The notes below the pieces were generated by a model. It was not told where the DNA came from and did no database searches. It worked only from the letters and a program-made list of their open reading frames with translations. 64,000 nucleotides of DNA from an uncultured Eubacteriales bacterium. Lineage in GTDB: Bacteria; Bacillota; Sulfobacillia; Fermentithermobacillales; Fermentithermobacillaceae. The translations under genes and the position numbers were made by a program. Numbering within the stretch: the stretch's first letter is position 1; each line of letters starts with the position of its first letter. The stretch is from assembly GCA_964406505.1 (NCBI GenBank), contig CAYORX010000007.1:10841-74840 (forward strand). The letters are read 5' to 3'. This document shows, in pieces, positions 37,554-48,246 of this stretch.

Positions 37554-38834
37554 TTACTGAGAATGAGTCCAGCGTAAAATAGCTTTACTTATGGTAAACG
37601 CCGCAATGACAATTTCGTCTAAACCCACGTATTCATTTGGCAAGTAAACGCGATCAAGGCTTCCGGGACCAAATATTACACCGGGTATACCCGCATTTGT
37701 AAAAAACCGCAGTTCGGATACTGCAGGCAAAACAGTAACCGGATCAGAATCAACTTCTCCATTGTGGCTGCTTTCCAACATGATTTTTACTAAAGGATGT
37801 TTTGGATCGGTCAAAGAAGGGCTTACTCTGACCGGCCCCCAAATAATATCCGGAGGATTCTCACTAAGCCACGAATCATTTAAGGTAACCTCATTTAGGG
37901 CTTCGGTAATCCATTGATGCAAATCTTGAAAAGTTTCTCCGGGAATATAACCGGCATTAACCTTGATATCGCATTCGTCAGGCACGACCCCTCCAAAACC
38001 CCCTCCATCGATGGCAGTTACTGTCATCGGATGTTTGATTTTAACTGATGACCAAAGAGGGTGAACATGCTTTTTATCTAGACGCTCCTCAAGTGATTTA
38101 AGGGCATTTACATATTTAACTGCTTTCGTAATGGCATTCACGCCTTGACTTGGTGACCCGGCATGAGCACTTTGTCCGCGAACTCGAATAGTCAAAAACC
38201 CAAATCCTCGACTGCCAGAACATACTTTCAACCCCGTCGGTTGAGCTACGATTACTGCATCTGCTATCTGTCCAGCTTCGATGCATCCAAGAGTACCATT
38301 GCCCCCTCCAATCTGATCTGCAACGCTTTGAAAGTAAATATTACCGCCGGGTACAAAACCGAGGCTTCTTAGCGTTTCTATTGCAAACAAAACTGCTGTT
38401 AGGGGGCCTTTAGCATCACATGCGCCCCGACCAAAAATCTTATCCCCAACTCGTTTCGCCATAAAAGGATCCCCGGACCAATCTTGAAGTTCACCTACGG
38501 AACCCACGTCAGCATGACAATTCACTATCAGTGATCGTCCTTTTCCTGTCCCACGCCACACTGCAGTCACATTTGGACGGCGCTCATAATCCAAATCATA
38601 ACCCATTGTTTGATACTTATTGCGAATACTGCCGACGGGAGGAATCCATACTCGAGGTACAAGTCCCATGTCTTGTAGTTTGGCAGCAATTAAGTGTTGT
38701 ACATTTGCTCCTCCCCGGCTTTCCGAATCAGGCTTACAAGGTGTTGAACAACCAATCGCTTCTACTAAAAATTCACCCATAAATTCTTTTCTAGATCGAA
38801 GCAAATTTTTAATTTGGTCATCAATCATTGACAT
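37554..38834 (-). CDS. M20-family metallopeptidase (ArgE/DapE/succinyl-diaminopimelate desuccinylase-like)
   Basis: ..NCHADVG.., ..GRGACDAKG.., dimerisation-domain blocks. 426 aa. Confidence 0.75.
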   Translation of the reverse strand: MSMIDDQIKNLLRSRKEFMGEFLVEAIGCSTPCKPDSESRGGANVQHLIAAKLQDMGLVPRVWIPPVGSIRNKYQTMGYDLDYERRPNVTAVWRGTGKGRSLIVNCHADVGSVGELQDWSGDPFMAKRVGDKIFGRGACDAKGPLTAVLFAIETLRSLGFVPGGNIYFQSVADQIGGGNGTLGCIEAGQIADAVIVAQPTGLKVCSGSRGFGFLTIRVRGQSAHAGSPSQGVNAITKAVKYVNALKSLEERLDKKHVHPLWSSVKIKHPMTVTAIDGGGFGGVVPDECDIKVNAGYIPGETFQDLHQWITEALNEVTLNDSWLSENPPDIIWGPVRVSPSLTDPKHPLVKIMLESSHNGEVDSDPVTVLPAVSELRFFTNAGIPGVIFGPGSLDRVYLPNEYVGLDEIVIAAFTISKAILRWTHSQ

Positions 38835-38875
38835 ACTCTCTCCTATATTTTTGTTTTGTCACTTATTCCAAACGA

Positions 38876-40519
38876 TTATTTAGCAAACCCTTTTCGAAGC
38901 AGACAATCAGCTAACAGTGCCAAATATACTCCAACCTTTTCATCATAATTCGGACGGCGTCCGCCCCAAATCTTCGACAACCTATATTTGATAGTACTGG
39001 GATGTAAATTGCAAATTTCCGCTGCCGCAGCTACCGAACCATCACAACGAAAGTAAGCTAAAAGCGTTTCTTTAAGATCCCATGCATCGTCATCATCTAA
39101 ACCTAACGGCCCAAGTTCAGCTGTAATCAACGAACGCATCTCTTTTTCGCCCATGCCAAACAAAAAGCGATGCGCTCCTACATCAGAAACATAGCTTAAC
39201 TTCCCTGGCCCATAAAGTTTACCTCCAAGTTCTAAAACTTGACACGCTTCTAAGAATCTGCTCGGAATATCTTCTACTTCACCAAATACATCGCTTGCAC
39301 CTATAGATACTAACACTGGAGATAGAGATACATCACACTCCCGCTTAAGTTTTAGTAAGAGTTCATCCAAATCCTTTTCACTAGAAATGCGGCTGAACAC
39401 AACTGCAACCATATTATTCACTATCCCTGCCAAAACTTTATGACTTTCCAAGGAAAACACCCTAGAAACTACTTCAAGAAGCGCCGGAAGTTCCCGTATA
39501 GCCGCACTTACTTGAATCCCTCTTGAATCAGACAATTCACAAACGATAACCAAAAATTTAGAATGTGGTTCCCATCCCGCGGTTTTTACCAAAGTTTGAA
39601 ATGATTTTTGCGCAATACGTCCGTTAACCACATCGTCTACCAATTTGCCTTGCAAACGTAATCGTTCCTGGTTTATAGATATTTCTTTGAACATCTGAAA
39701 CGCCACAAGAGATGCAACATAATCTAAAAACTGCATATCTCCATACACAAGAGCCGATTTCACCTCAAGAACTCTTACTGTGCCAACTGAACGCCCGCCA
39801 ACCAAAACCGTTTTCTGGTAAGTACGCACCCGAGATTTACCTTTATAGGTCTTCGGAGCAGTTTCATGCAAACGCCTATGGATATCTTCTTCTACTTCAT
39901 CCAAAACCAAGTTGTTTTGTACAGCGTCTTTTAAATAATTGGCAATGTTCAAAGAATCTTTAGTCGCGCCAGGCCAACCTCCGGCGATGAGGCGGCGGTG
40001 GCTATCTACGATAAGCAGTGGATTATCCATATGTTTAGACACTAATTTGGCAATTGTATTAAGTCCGGCACCGTCAAGAACCTTGTTCCTAAGTTGATAT
40101 TCAATGCGGCGCGCTTCGTTAGTTTTTTCAGCAGATGCCGTTCGTATTTCGTTTGCCACAGCAAGAATCCAATCAGATATATCCTGACCAGGATCCACTT
40201 TGATCAAAGGCAAACCTAATTGTTCTGCGGTACTAACTGCATCATCTAAATTCGAGTCTGTGCTTCGGGCAACTATTGCAACACCTGCACAACGTGAGCT
40301 ACTACAATAACGTAAAAATGAGCGTAAGTGTTCAGGCCTTCCTGCGAAAATATCTTCATCGGCACCGATCACAAACGAAACAGGCAAGTGAACCGTAAAA
40401 GGATTGCGAATTCGCAATACACCTCTCGCAAGTCTGTTTAAGCCTTGTTCACCTGCGATCACCGAACATGCTTTGAGCCTCCCAGAAGAGATTAGTTCGC
40501 CAAGAGTAACCTCGAACAC
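38876..40519 (-). CDS. PucR-family transcriptional regulator
   Basis: 547 aa. C-terminal ..ETLLAYFRCDGSVAAAAEICNLHPSTIKYRLSKI.. PucR-type HTH, with an N-terminal sensory region. Confidence 0.65.
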   Translation of the reverse strand: MFEVTLGELISSGRLKACSVIAGEQGLNRLARGVLRIRNPFTVHLPVSFVIGADEDIFAGRPEHLRSFLRYCSSSRCAGVAIVARSTDSNLDDAVSTAEQLGLPLIKVDPGQDISDWILAVANEIRTASAEKTNEARRIEYQLRNKVLDGAGLNTIAKLVSKHMDNPLLIVDSHRRLIAGGWPGATKDSLNIANYLKDAVQNNLVLDEVEEDIHRRLHETAPKTYKGKSRVRTYQKTVLVGGRSVGTVRVLEVKSALVYGDMQFLDYVASLVAFQMFKEISINQERLRLQGKLVDDVVNGRIAQKSFQTLVKTAGWEPHSKFLVIVCELSDSRGIQVSAAIRELPALLEVVSRVFSLESHKVLAGIVNNMVAVVFSRISSEKDLDELLLKLKRECDVSLSPVLVSIGASDVFGEVEDIPSRFLEACQVLELGGKLYGPGKLSYVSDVGAHRFLFGMGEKEMRSLITAELGPLGLDDDDAWDLKETLLAYFRCDGSVAAAAEICNLHPSTIKYRLSKIWGGRRPNYDEKVGVYLALLADCLLRKGFAK

Positions 40520-40790
40520 CGAAACGCCTCCTTCTAGACTTGGTAATCAGCTAGCATAAAGTTATTGTACCCAATCCCTACCCGGATTGCATACGCCACA
40601 GCATACTGATATAATTTGCCGGTTAAGATGCTAACGAGATTCATCATCCTGGCTCAATATTACACTTCTTTTTGTCAATTAAGACAAAGGCTGAAACTTA
40701 TGCAACATGTAATTAAAAAGTATCGCATAAACAATGCGTTAAATAAAAATGAGAGTGATTTGAGTTGTCGATCACAAGGGGGAAACACTA

Positions 40791-41753
40791 GTGCGAAAGT
40801 TCGGAAGTTGTATACTCGTCATAATGCTCCTTGCAAGTTTGGCCGCAAGTTGTACGACAACCGGTAATCAAGGAAACAAAAGCAGATTTATCTCCATCGC
40901 TACAAGTGGAGTAAGCGGTACCTTCTACCCCATCGGTGGAGCCATGGCAGAAGTTCTTTCCGATAAACTTCCTGGAGTAACAGCTACTGCCGAAGCAACT
41001 GGCGGAGGAGTGGAGAACCTTAGGCTTGTTGAAGACAATGAAGTTTTCGCAGGCGTAATAAGTGTTACAACGCTAGCTGCAGCGTACGAAGGACGTGAGC
41101 CCTTTGAAGAAAATGAATTCACCGAAGTACGCGCAGCATTTAACATGTTCCCCGGATATATGTACATGGTAACTACTGACCCCAATATCAAGTCGATATC
41201 CCAAATAAAAGGTAAACGCGTAACCGTAGGTGATGCAGGTTCTGCTAGCGTTACTGATGCTCAAGACTCGCTGCGGGCACTAGGAATCGAATTTGAAGAT
41301 ATAAAACCTGTATATCTTGGGAAATCAAATGCCATGAACGCTCTTAGAGATGGGCTTGCAGATATAGCCATAGAATTTGCCGGAGGTAGACCAGCGTTTA
41401 TTTCTGACTTCATGGCCACACGAAAATTATACTTTATTCCCATCACTGATGAAGAGACAGAAAAGGTTTCTAGCCAATTACCGTATTTTGGCGGTGTAAT
41501 TCCTGCTTCATGGTTCGGAACACCCGAAGACATACCTACTTTAGTCACTTACGTAGCAATGGTCGTCAATGACCAATCTTCAGAAGAAGACGTTTACGAT
41601 TTCGTCAAAACCATATTCGAAAATCTAGGGAAGATACAAAAATCTCATCCGGCTGCAGGCGATATGTGCCTTGACAACGCCCACCTAGATGCTGGGGCTC
41701 CTTTTCATCCGGGGGCTGAAAAATATTACCAAGAACAAGGAATAGTCAAATGA
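40791..41753 (+). CDS. TRAP transporter solute receptor, TAXI family (lipoprotein)
   Basis: Lipobox ..LAASC. ISIATSGVSGTFYPIGGAMAEV.. is typical of TAXI (TIGR02122-like). Confidence 0.8.
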   Translation: MRKFGSCILVIMLLASLAASCTTTGNQGNKSRFISIATSGVSGTFYPIGGAMAEVLSDKLPGVTATAEATGGGVENLRLVEDNEVFAGVISVTTLAAAYEGREPFEENEFTEVRAAFNMFPGYMYMVTTDPNIKSISQIKGKRVTVGDAGSASVTDAQDSLRALGIEFEDIKPVYLGKSNAMNALRDGLADIAIEFAGGRPAFISDFMATRKLYFIPITDEETEKVSSQLPYFGGVIPASWFGTPEDIPTLVTYVAMVVNDQSSEEDVYDFVKTIFENLGKIQKSHPAAGDMCLDNAHLDAGAPFHPGAEKYYQEQGIVK

Positions 41754-41828
41754 CAGTCGCAGACAGGCGATGGGCAGGCATAAAACCTGCCCATCCCTCC
41801 TTTATCAACAACCTAACTTAATCATAAT

Positions 41829-43739
41829 GTGGAGGGTCATCAATTGAACATGATCTCAAAACGTCTTACCGAAAAGGGCATTACAGCACAATGGGTACAC
41901 CAAAGCGTTACAGCCACAGCCTTTGCATTTCCTATTGTCACCCTGGTCACTGTTCTTTTTCAATTAATGAGCCCAGAACAAACCAGAGCAATGTTTGTAG
42001 GCATTGTGCTCGCTTTTGTTTTTTTGCTGTTTCCAACTTCAAAATCTCATAGTAAAAACCGTATGCTGTTGGCTTTAGATGTTTTATTATCTATAACAAT
42101 ATTGGCGATATGGACCTATATAAGTTTAGGATGGTTCGGAATTGCAGCACGAACTGGAGCATGGACTCACTTGGATATAATAGTCGCCTTAACCGGCTGT
42201 GTTCTCGTACTAGAAGCTACCCGCCGAACGGCCGGATGGGCATTTCTTATCATCTGCGGTGCATTTTTGCTTTACGCTAGGTTTGGTTACTATTTCCCAT
42301 CCTTATTTGTACACCGTGGATTTTCATGGCAGCGACTTGCCTGTTCATTGTGCCTTACTACACAAGGGTTTTTAGGTGTGGGTACATCGGTTATCCTCGA
42401 TTATGTTTTTCCCTTTTTAATTGTAGGAGGACTTTTTAGAGCTGTAGGGGGCATGGATGTATTAGGAGAGATAGCTAAACGTTTGGTGCAAGGGAAACCC
42501 GGTGGGGAAGCAAAGATTTCCGTAGTATCTAGCGCTGCATTTGGAATGTTTTCGGGAAGCGCTATCGCAAATGTAGCTACAACAGGCAATTTCACGATAC
42601 CCTTAATGGCAAAAACCGGCTATTCACCCGCTTTCGCCGCTGCAGTAGAAACATGCGCCTCTACTGGTGGCCAGTTTATGCCCCCGGTTCTCGGAGCAGC
42701 AGCGTTTCTTATTGTAGAATACACGGGAGTACCATACGTAACTGTAATGCTAGCTTCACTGATTCCTGCTTTTTTATATTTTATGAGTGTTTACGTACGG
42801 ATTGACCGCGAGGCACATCGATTGGGATTAGAACCTCAGACGGTTACAACTGAACCTTTTATTGATGTGCTTAAATTAGCTGCTCCCTACATCATCACTT
42901 TTGCATTGCTTGTGTTAGGTATTGTTTGGTGGACACCTTTACGTGCGGTGGTTGTCTCGACATTATTTCTTCTTATCTGTGGAATATTCCGTCCCAACAT
43001 GCGTCTCAGTTGGGATTCTTTCAAAAAAGCAATGCTTGAATCTACGTCAGGAATACTTTTAACTGGTACGGCGTGCGTAGCTGTAGGAACCTTGGTAGTT
43101 GTAATGGGTATCACCGGTTTAGGTATTAGGCTATCTAGCGCAATTTTAACCTTAACTAGCGGAAACCTCATGCTTGCTTTAGTACTGACAGCGCTTGCTG
43201 CAACCGTGCTAGGAATGGGACTTCCTCCATCAGTAGTTTATATTTTTTGCGCAAGCACCATGGCACCCGCATTGACGGAACTTAGAGTAGGGTTACTGCC
43301 CGCTCACCTGTTCATCTTTTATTTTGGAGCACTGGCAATGATCACACCTCCTGTGGGCATGGCTTCGTTTACTGCAGCAACCATCGCCGATGAACATCCT
43401 TTAAAAGTTGGATGGGAAGCAACTAAATTAAGTATTTCAGCCTTCGTGCTTCCATTTTTCTTTGTATTCCAACCCGCACTTTTACTTCAGGGAACTGGTC
43501 TAGAAATCGCCCAGGTCGTAATTACATCTGCATTAGGTGTTTTGGCCACAACTATCGGCGTCGGAGGTTATCTCATCGCTCCCATTAGCAAAATCCAACG
43601 TGTGCTGTGGTTGATTACAGGTTTACTTTTAATTGATGCAAGATTTTTAACGGATATTGTGGCACTATGCCTAGGCGGAGTCTTAGTTTTCTTGCAACTC
43701 CGTGCCCGAGATCACCTTAAATGCCAACCGTCATTTTAA
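41829..43739 (+). CDS. TRAP transporter fused permease (TAXI-associated DctQ-DctM fusion)
   Basis: 636-aa polytopic membrane protein immediately downstream of the TAXI receptor. Exact start ambiguous (GTG 41829, TTG 41844 or ATG 41850). Confidence 0.75.
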   Translation: MEGHQLNMISKRLTEKGITAQWVHQSVTATAFAFPIVTLVTVLFQLMSPEQTRAMFVGIVLAFVFLLFPTSKSHSKNRMLLALDVLLSITILAIWTYISLGWFGIAARTGAWTHLDIIVALTGCVLVLEATRRTAGWAFLIICGAFLLYARFGYYFPSLFVHRGFSWQRLACSLCLTTQGFLGVGTSVILDYVFPFLIVGGLFRAVGGMDVLGEIAKRLVQGKPGGEAKISVVSSAAFGMFSGSAIANVATTGNFTIPLMAKTGYSPAFAAAVETCASTGGQFMPPVLGAAAFLIVEYTGVPYVTVMLASLIPAFLYFMSVYVRIDREAHRLGLEPQTVTTEPFIDVLKLAAPYIITFALLVLGIVWWTPLRAVVVSTLFLLICGIFRPNMRLSWDSFKKAMLESTSGILLTGTACVAVGTLVVVMGITGLGIRLSSAILTLTSGNLMLALVLTALAATVLGMGLPPSVVYIFCASTMAPALTELRVGLLPAHLFIFYFGALAMITPPVGMASFTAATIADEHPLKVGWEATKLSISAFVLPFFFVFQPALLLQGTGLEIAQVVITSALGVLATTIGVGGYLIAPISKIQRVLWLITGLLLIDARFLTDIVALCLGGVLVFLQLRARDHLKCQPSF

Positions 43740-43765
43740 AAATAATTAATTCAAGGAGGAAAAAG

Positions 43766-44986
43766 ATGAATACTCAACTTCAATCCAAAGTGCCATACAA
43801 TTGGGCATTCCGAAAAGAATGGTTTTATGCACCATTCCCAATTGAAGAATACCGCAGCAGGGTTAAAACATTATCTGAGCGCTGTGCAGCTCAAGGATAC
43901 GATTTAGCCATTGTTCACAGCAACAAAGGTAGCAGAGGCGATCTGCGCTATTTAGCAAATTGGGACAACTTTATCGGCGGCGACAGTCTATTGATAGTAC
44001 CAACATCCAGTGCCGAACCAGCTCTAATAACTAACTCCATCTTCCACGGCGAACCCATGCATGCATGTATGTTTACATCATGGATCGAAAATGCATACGC
44101 AGAAGATCATCCTGGTACTGTAACGCATAAAGTCTCCCTGATGAACCTTCTTACTAAAGTGCTATCAGATTACGGCCTTCTTAAGGGAAATGCAGCGCTG
44201 ATAGGAAAAACAATGCCTGCCATCCTTTATGATGATATACAAGCTACATTTCCAAATCTAACCCTTACACCGGCCCATGACATTTTGGGCCACATGAAAG
44301 CTATTAAAAGCGACGCTGAAATTGAAATGCTCAGAAAAGTTGGTTCAATCGCCGGGGCCGGGCTTTTGGCAGGGTACAAAGCAGCAAAACCCGGTATTAC
44401 CGAACACGACATGGCGGGCGCTATATACGAAGCGATGATGAAAGCGGGCGCGGAAGAAATTCCTGGCCCACTTGCTATCGTATCTGGACCGCGGGCAGGT
44501 TTTAAACACGTATTTCCGTCAAACAGAGTGATTCAAGCCAACGAAATGGTGTGCTTAGACATTGCAGCGCTTTACGGTGGATATTTCGCAGATGCAGCAA
44601 GGGGCTTTTACGTAGGAGATCCAACTCCTGAGATCCGTCACATGCTGGATACGGCACTAGCCATGTCCGACGAAGTACTAAGCCAGATTAAGGCAGGCGT
44701 ACCTATTAAAAAGCTAATGGATATCGCAAAAAAAGTTGCCAACAAGAATAATTTGGGACACATGTATTATGCAAAAGGCTTTGGACATGGCATCGGAACT
44801 AACAAAGCTGAACTTCCGAAATTCGCAGTAGGTACTGACGATATCTTAGAGAAAAATATGGTGTTTGCGCTTGAGCCTATGTTAGTGGAAACTGGCTTGG
44901 GAACTGCAGTTGTTGAAGACATGGTTCGCGTTACAGAAAACGGTTACGAAATTTTATCTCAAGGCTGCCCACGAAAACTTTGGTAG
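43766..44986 (+). CDS. M24-family Xaa-Pro aminopeptidase/creatinase-like hydrolase
   Basis: Creatinase-type N-domain followed by the pita-bread fold (..HGIGTNKAE.., ..FALEPM..). ATG at 43766 behind AAGGAGGAAAAAG (track: 43721). Confidence 0.75.
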   Translation: MNTQLQSKVPYNWAFRKEWFYAPFPIEEYRSRVKTLSERCAAQGYDLAIVHSNKGSRGDLRYLANWDNFIGGDSLLIVPTSSAEPALITNSIFHGEPMHACMFTSWIENAYAEDHPGTVTHKVSLMNLLTKVLSDYGLLKGNAALIGKTMPAILYDDIQATFPNLTLTPAHDILGHMKAIKSDAEIEMLRKVGSIAGAGLLAGYKAAKPGITEHDMAGAIYEAMMKAGAEEIPGPLAIVSGPRAGFKHVFPSNRVIQANEMVCLDIAALYGGYFADAARGFYVGDPTPEIRHMLDTALAMSDEVLSQIKAGVPIKKLMDIAKKVANKNNLGHMYYAKGFGHGIGTNKAELPKFAVGTDDILEKNMVFALEPMLVETGLGTAVVEDMVRVTENGYEILSQGCPRKLW

Positions 44987-45001
44987 ATTAGGCCGGAAAT
45001 T

Positions 45002-45042
45002 AGATGCGGTATATCGTTACCGCCTTTCGGTATACCGCATCT
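45002..45042 (+). terminator. strong hairpin after the M24 gene (terminator-like, weak U-tract)
   Basis: AGATGCGGTATA-17 nt-TATACCGCATCT with a 12-bp perfect stem, followed by TAAAATGATATACTTTT. Confidence 0.4.
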
Positions 45043-45074
45043 TAAAATGATATACTTTTACAAGGGGATTTCAT

Positions 45075-46049
45075 GTGAAAAGAATAGTTTGCACCTCGCA
45101 AAACTTTGGTAAACACTCTCTAGATTTGATCAAACTTCATTTAAGTCAAGAAAAATGCGATCTCATATGGCTTAACAAAACAGAACCGATTACAAATGAA
45201 AATGAATTAATCGAATTAATTGCAGATTATGAAGCAGTAATATCTTACTCAGGATTTGACGCTTTTTCAAAATATGTTATCGAGTCTTCGCCGCAATTAA
45301 AGATAATTTCTCGGCACGGCATAGGATATGACTCTATCGATTTAGAAACTGCGACTCGCCGCGGAGTATATGTTTGTACAACCCACAAAGGTGCCAATGA
45401 AGAACGAGCTGTGGCTGATTTAACAATCGCGCTGCTTTTAGCGCTTACAAGGCGAATAATCGAACTGAGCATAGCTACCAAATCCGGTAAATGGGAACGG
45501 CCCTTAGCGTTTGATCTATGGGGAAAGAATTTGGGGATTATTGGTATGGGTAAAATCGGAAAGGCAGTGGCGGTAAGAGCGAAAACTTTCGGGTTACACA
45601 TCAAAGCCTTTGATCTTAACAAAGATACAGCCTTTGCCAAACGACACGAAGTCGAATACATACCTTTGAATGAGTTATTGTCCACATCCGATTACGTTAC
45701 AATTCATACCCCTTTAACCAAGGAAACTAAAGGAATGATTGGCCATAAAGAAATTTCACTAATGAAACAAGGATCCTTTTTGATAAATTGTGCCCGGGCT
45801 CCTATCATAGACACCCAAGCGTTATTTGAAGCTTTAAGAGATAAACATCTCGCAGGGGCCGGGCTAGATGTATACCACAGTGAACCACCACACGACGATC
45901 CTTTGTTAAGCCTTGAAAATGTAATTGCAATGCCACATGTAGCTGCATACACCGTTGATACTATTCAAGCGATGGATATGATTACGCTAAAAGCTTGCAC
46001 ATCGGTGCTTAACGGACACAGACCTGATAACATTATAAATAATTTGTGA
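45075..46049 (+). CDS. D-isomer-specific 2-hydroxyacid dehydrogenase (NAD-binding)
   Basis: GIIGMGKIGKAVA Rossmann motif, catalytic ..MPHVAAYT.. region. 324 aa. GTG start. Confidence 0.8.
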   Translation: MKRIVCTSQNFGKHSLDLIKLHLSQEKCDLIWLNKTEPITNENELIELIADYEAVISYSGFDAFSKYVIESSPQLKIISRHGIGYDSIDLETATRRGVYVCTTHKGANEERAVADLTIALLLALTRRIIELSIATKSGKWERPLAFDLWGKNLGIIGMGKIGKAVAVRAKTFGLHIKAFDLNKDTAFAKRHEVEYIPLNELLSTSDYVTIHTPLTKETKGMIGHKEISLMKQGSFLINCARAPIIDTQALFEALRDKHLAGAGLDVYHSEPPHDDPLLSLENVIAMPHVAAYTVDTIQAMDMITLKACTSVLNGHRPDNIINNL

Positions 46050-46060
46050 GCGCAATCAGT

Positions 46061-46125
46061 CAAATAAAAAGAAGCGGTTAACATCTTGCTAAGAAATGTT
46101 GAATCCGCTTCTTTAATTCTTTTAG
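46061..46125. terminator. bidirectional terminator between convergent dehydrogenase (+) and acyl-CoA synthetase (-) genes
   Basis: AAATAAAAA-GAAGCGG-27 nt loop-CCGCTTC-TTTAATTCTTTT. Confidence 0.5.
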
Positions 46126-48242
46126 TTAGTATCAGACACTTTAAGTCTAGCATCTAGCACGCCAATCCCAGTTGGATAAACGCGTACAGGGTTAAGTTCA
46201 ATATCTGTAACTTCTGGATTTAACGCTATGATCTCCGACATCTTTACGATACATTCCGCCAATGCGTCGATATCAAGGGGCTCAGAACCCCTGTATCCTT
46301 GAAAAATCTTAGATGCTTTTATAGATTTGATCATGTTTATAGCTGTTTCCTTTGAAATAGGCGCCATTTTAAATACCATGTCAGAAAAAACCTCTACAAA
46401 TACACCACCCATGCCAAACATGACCATAGGGCCCATTTGTACATCTTTTACGGCCCCCACTATAACCTCAGGCCCTGATTTAGCATGCGGCGCTAGCAAA
46501 TACCCATCAATAGTCGCCTCAGGCGCTTTTTGATTTACTGACTTTCGTATTTTATTAATAGCTTGCGCTAGTTCAAAATCATCTGCGATATTTAACACCA
46601 CACCGCCCACATCTGTTTTATGCACTATTTGCGGCGATACGATTTTTGCAACCAAAGGATACCCCAAATTTCTTGCTGCCTCTTTAGCTTCGTCTAGAGT
46701 TTGCACCAATGCATAAGGTCCAACGTCTAGCCTATAAAATCCAAGTAATTGCCGTGCTGTTACTTCAGTAGCACCTCGCTTTACAGCACGCCGCAAAATA
46801 TCTGACACAGTGTCACTGTCGACTGTTCTAGCAAGCCTTTTTTGGGAGTCATCGCCAAGTGATTTTAGTAGCCTAAATCTTTTTACCATGTTGCTCATGG
46901 CTCTAGATGCTCTGTCGGGCATATCGAACGTGGGATAGTTACGTGCCTCAAGAAAACGTCGCGCTTCCTTGACCCAATCGCCGGCCATAATACATGAAAG
47001 CACCGGTTTGTTTATTCCGCTCGCCGCTTTATGGATTTCCTGAGCAAGTTTAACGGGAGACAGAAAAGTTGGGGGAACACTTAAAAGCACAACCCCGTCG
47101 ACATTAGGATCCATCAACACGGTTTCCAAAGCTAATCCATGTTGCTCTTCGTCACCAGCCGCAGTCATGTCAATGTAGCCTTTAGGCTGATTGATGGTAG
47201 CCATAGGAGGCAGAATTTCCTTGAGTCGTTTCACAGTACCTAGCGACAAATCAGATAGCTCACATTCATTCATCTCGAGTAATGCATCCATAGCAGTAAT
47301 CCCCATGCCGCCCGCCTCAGTCAAAATACAAATACGATTGCCTTTGGGCAACGACTGCATACCTAAGGCTCTTGCTGTATCGAGCAGTTCTTCTATCGTG
47401 TCAACTCTTACTATACCGCTTTGTTCAAAAGCACCGTCGTATACGTCGTCGCTGCCTGCTAACGACCCGGTATGCGAAAAAGCTGCACTGGCTCCAAGAT
47501 TTGTTTTACCCACCTTGAGCACTACGACAGGTTTATCCTCCGCTATCGTCTTAGCTGTTTCCATAAATTCGCGGGCGTTAGCGAATCCTTCCATGTATAC
47601 ACCTATTACTTTAGTACTCGAATCTGTTCGATAATATTTTAAAATCTCGAGCATGTCCACGTCGCACATATTACCGACATGGGCAAACTTGCTAAACCCC
47701 AACGGCACAGGTTGATCACCGTCAAACATCAAAATAGATGCACCCAAAGACCCACTTTGAGTCATAATGCTCATTCCACCCGGCGTTTGCTTTACGCCTG
47801 GTGCAAAACTAGTATCCAAATTCATTCCTGTATTCATTATGCCAACACAATTCGGACCTAATATCCTAATACCGGCCTCATCCGAAATCCACTTTATACG
47901 GTTTTCAAGCTCAATCCGGTCGGGATCACCTGTCTCAGAAAAACCGGCGGAAACGACTATAGACGCTCTCACGTCGCCGCGTTTTCTGGCCTGTTCAAAC
48001 ACAGAAGGCACTAAAGGGGCAGGTATTACCACTATCATAAGTTCAACTTCTTCCGGTATGTCTAAAAGATTTGGATAGCATTTTAAATCTAATATTTGAG
48101 TTTCTTTAGGATTTATGGGATATATTTCGCCCGTAAATCCCAATCTTTTAAGATTAAGCAAAATCTGATGCCCCGCCTTACCAGGATCAACAGACGCACC
48201 AACAATCGCTACACTTTTCGGAGTAAAAAATGATCGCATCAT
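46122..48242 (-). CDS. acyl-CoA synthetase (NDP-forming), fused alpha-beta type (acetyl-CoA synthetase ADP-forming-like)
   Basis: N-terminal CoA-binding (..PKSVAIVGAS..), succinyl-CoA-synthetase-like flavodoxin domain and C-terminal ATP-grasp. ~705 aa from the ATG at 48242, which removes the overlap with the upstream gene. Confidence 0.75.
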   Translation of the reverse strand: MMRSFFTPKSVAIVGASVDPGKAGHQILLNLKRLGFTGEIYPINPKETQILDLKCYPNLLDIPEEVELMIVVIPAPLVPSVFEQARKRGDVRASIVVSAGFSETGDPDRIELENRIKWISDEAGIRILGPNCVGIMNTGMNLDTSFAPGVKQTPGGMSIMTQSGSLGASILMFDGDQPVPLGFSKFAHVGNMCDVDMLEILKYYRTDSSTKVIGVYMEGFANAREFMETAKTIAEDKPVVVLKVGKTNLGASAAFSHTGSLAGSDDVYDGAFEQSGIVRVDTIEELLDTARALGMQSLPKGNRICILTEAGGMGITAMDALLEMNECELSDLSLGTVKRLKEILPPMATINQPKGYIDMTAAGDEEQHGLALETVLMDPNVDGVVLLSVPPTFLSPVKLAQEIHKAASGINKPVLSCIMAGDWVKEARRFLEARNYPTFDMPDRASRAMSNMVKRFRLLKSLGDDSQKRLARTVDSDTVSDILRRAVKRGATEVTARQLLGFYRLDVGPYALVQTLDEAKEAARNLGYPLVAKIVSPQIVHKTDVGGVVLNIADDFELAQAINKIRKSVNQKAPEATIDGYLLAPHAKSGPEVIVGAVKDVQMGPMVMFGMGGVFVEVFSDMVFKMAPISKETAINMIKSIKASKIFQGYRGSEPLDIDALAECIVKMSEIIALNPEVTDIELNPVRVYPTGIGVLDARLKVSDTN

Positions 48243-48246
48243 ATGT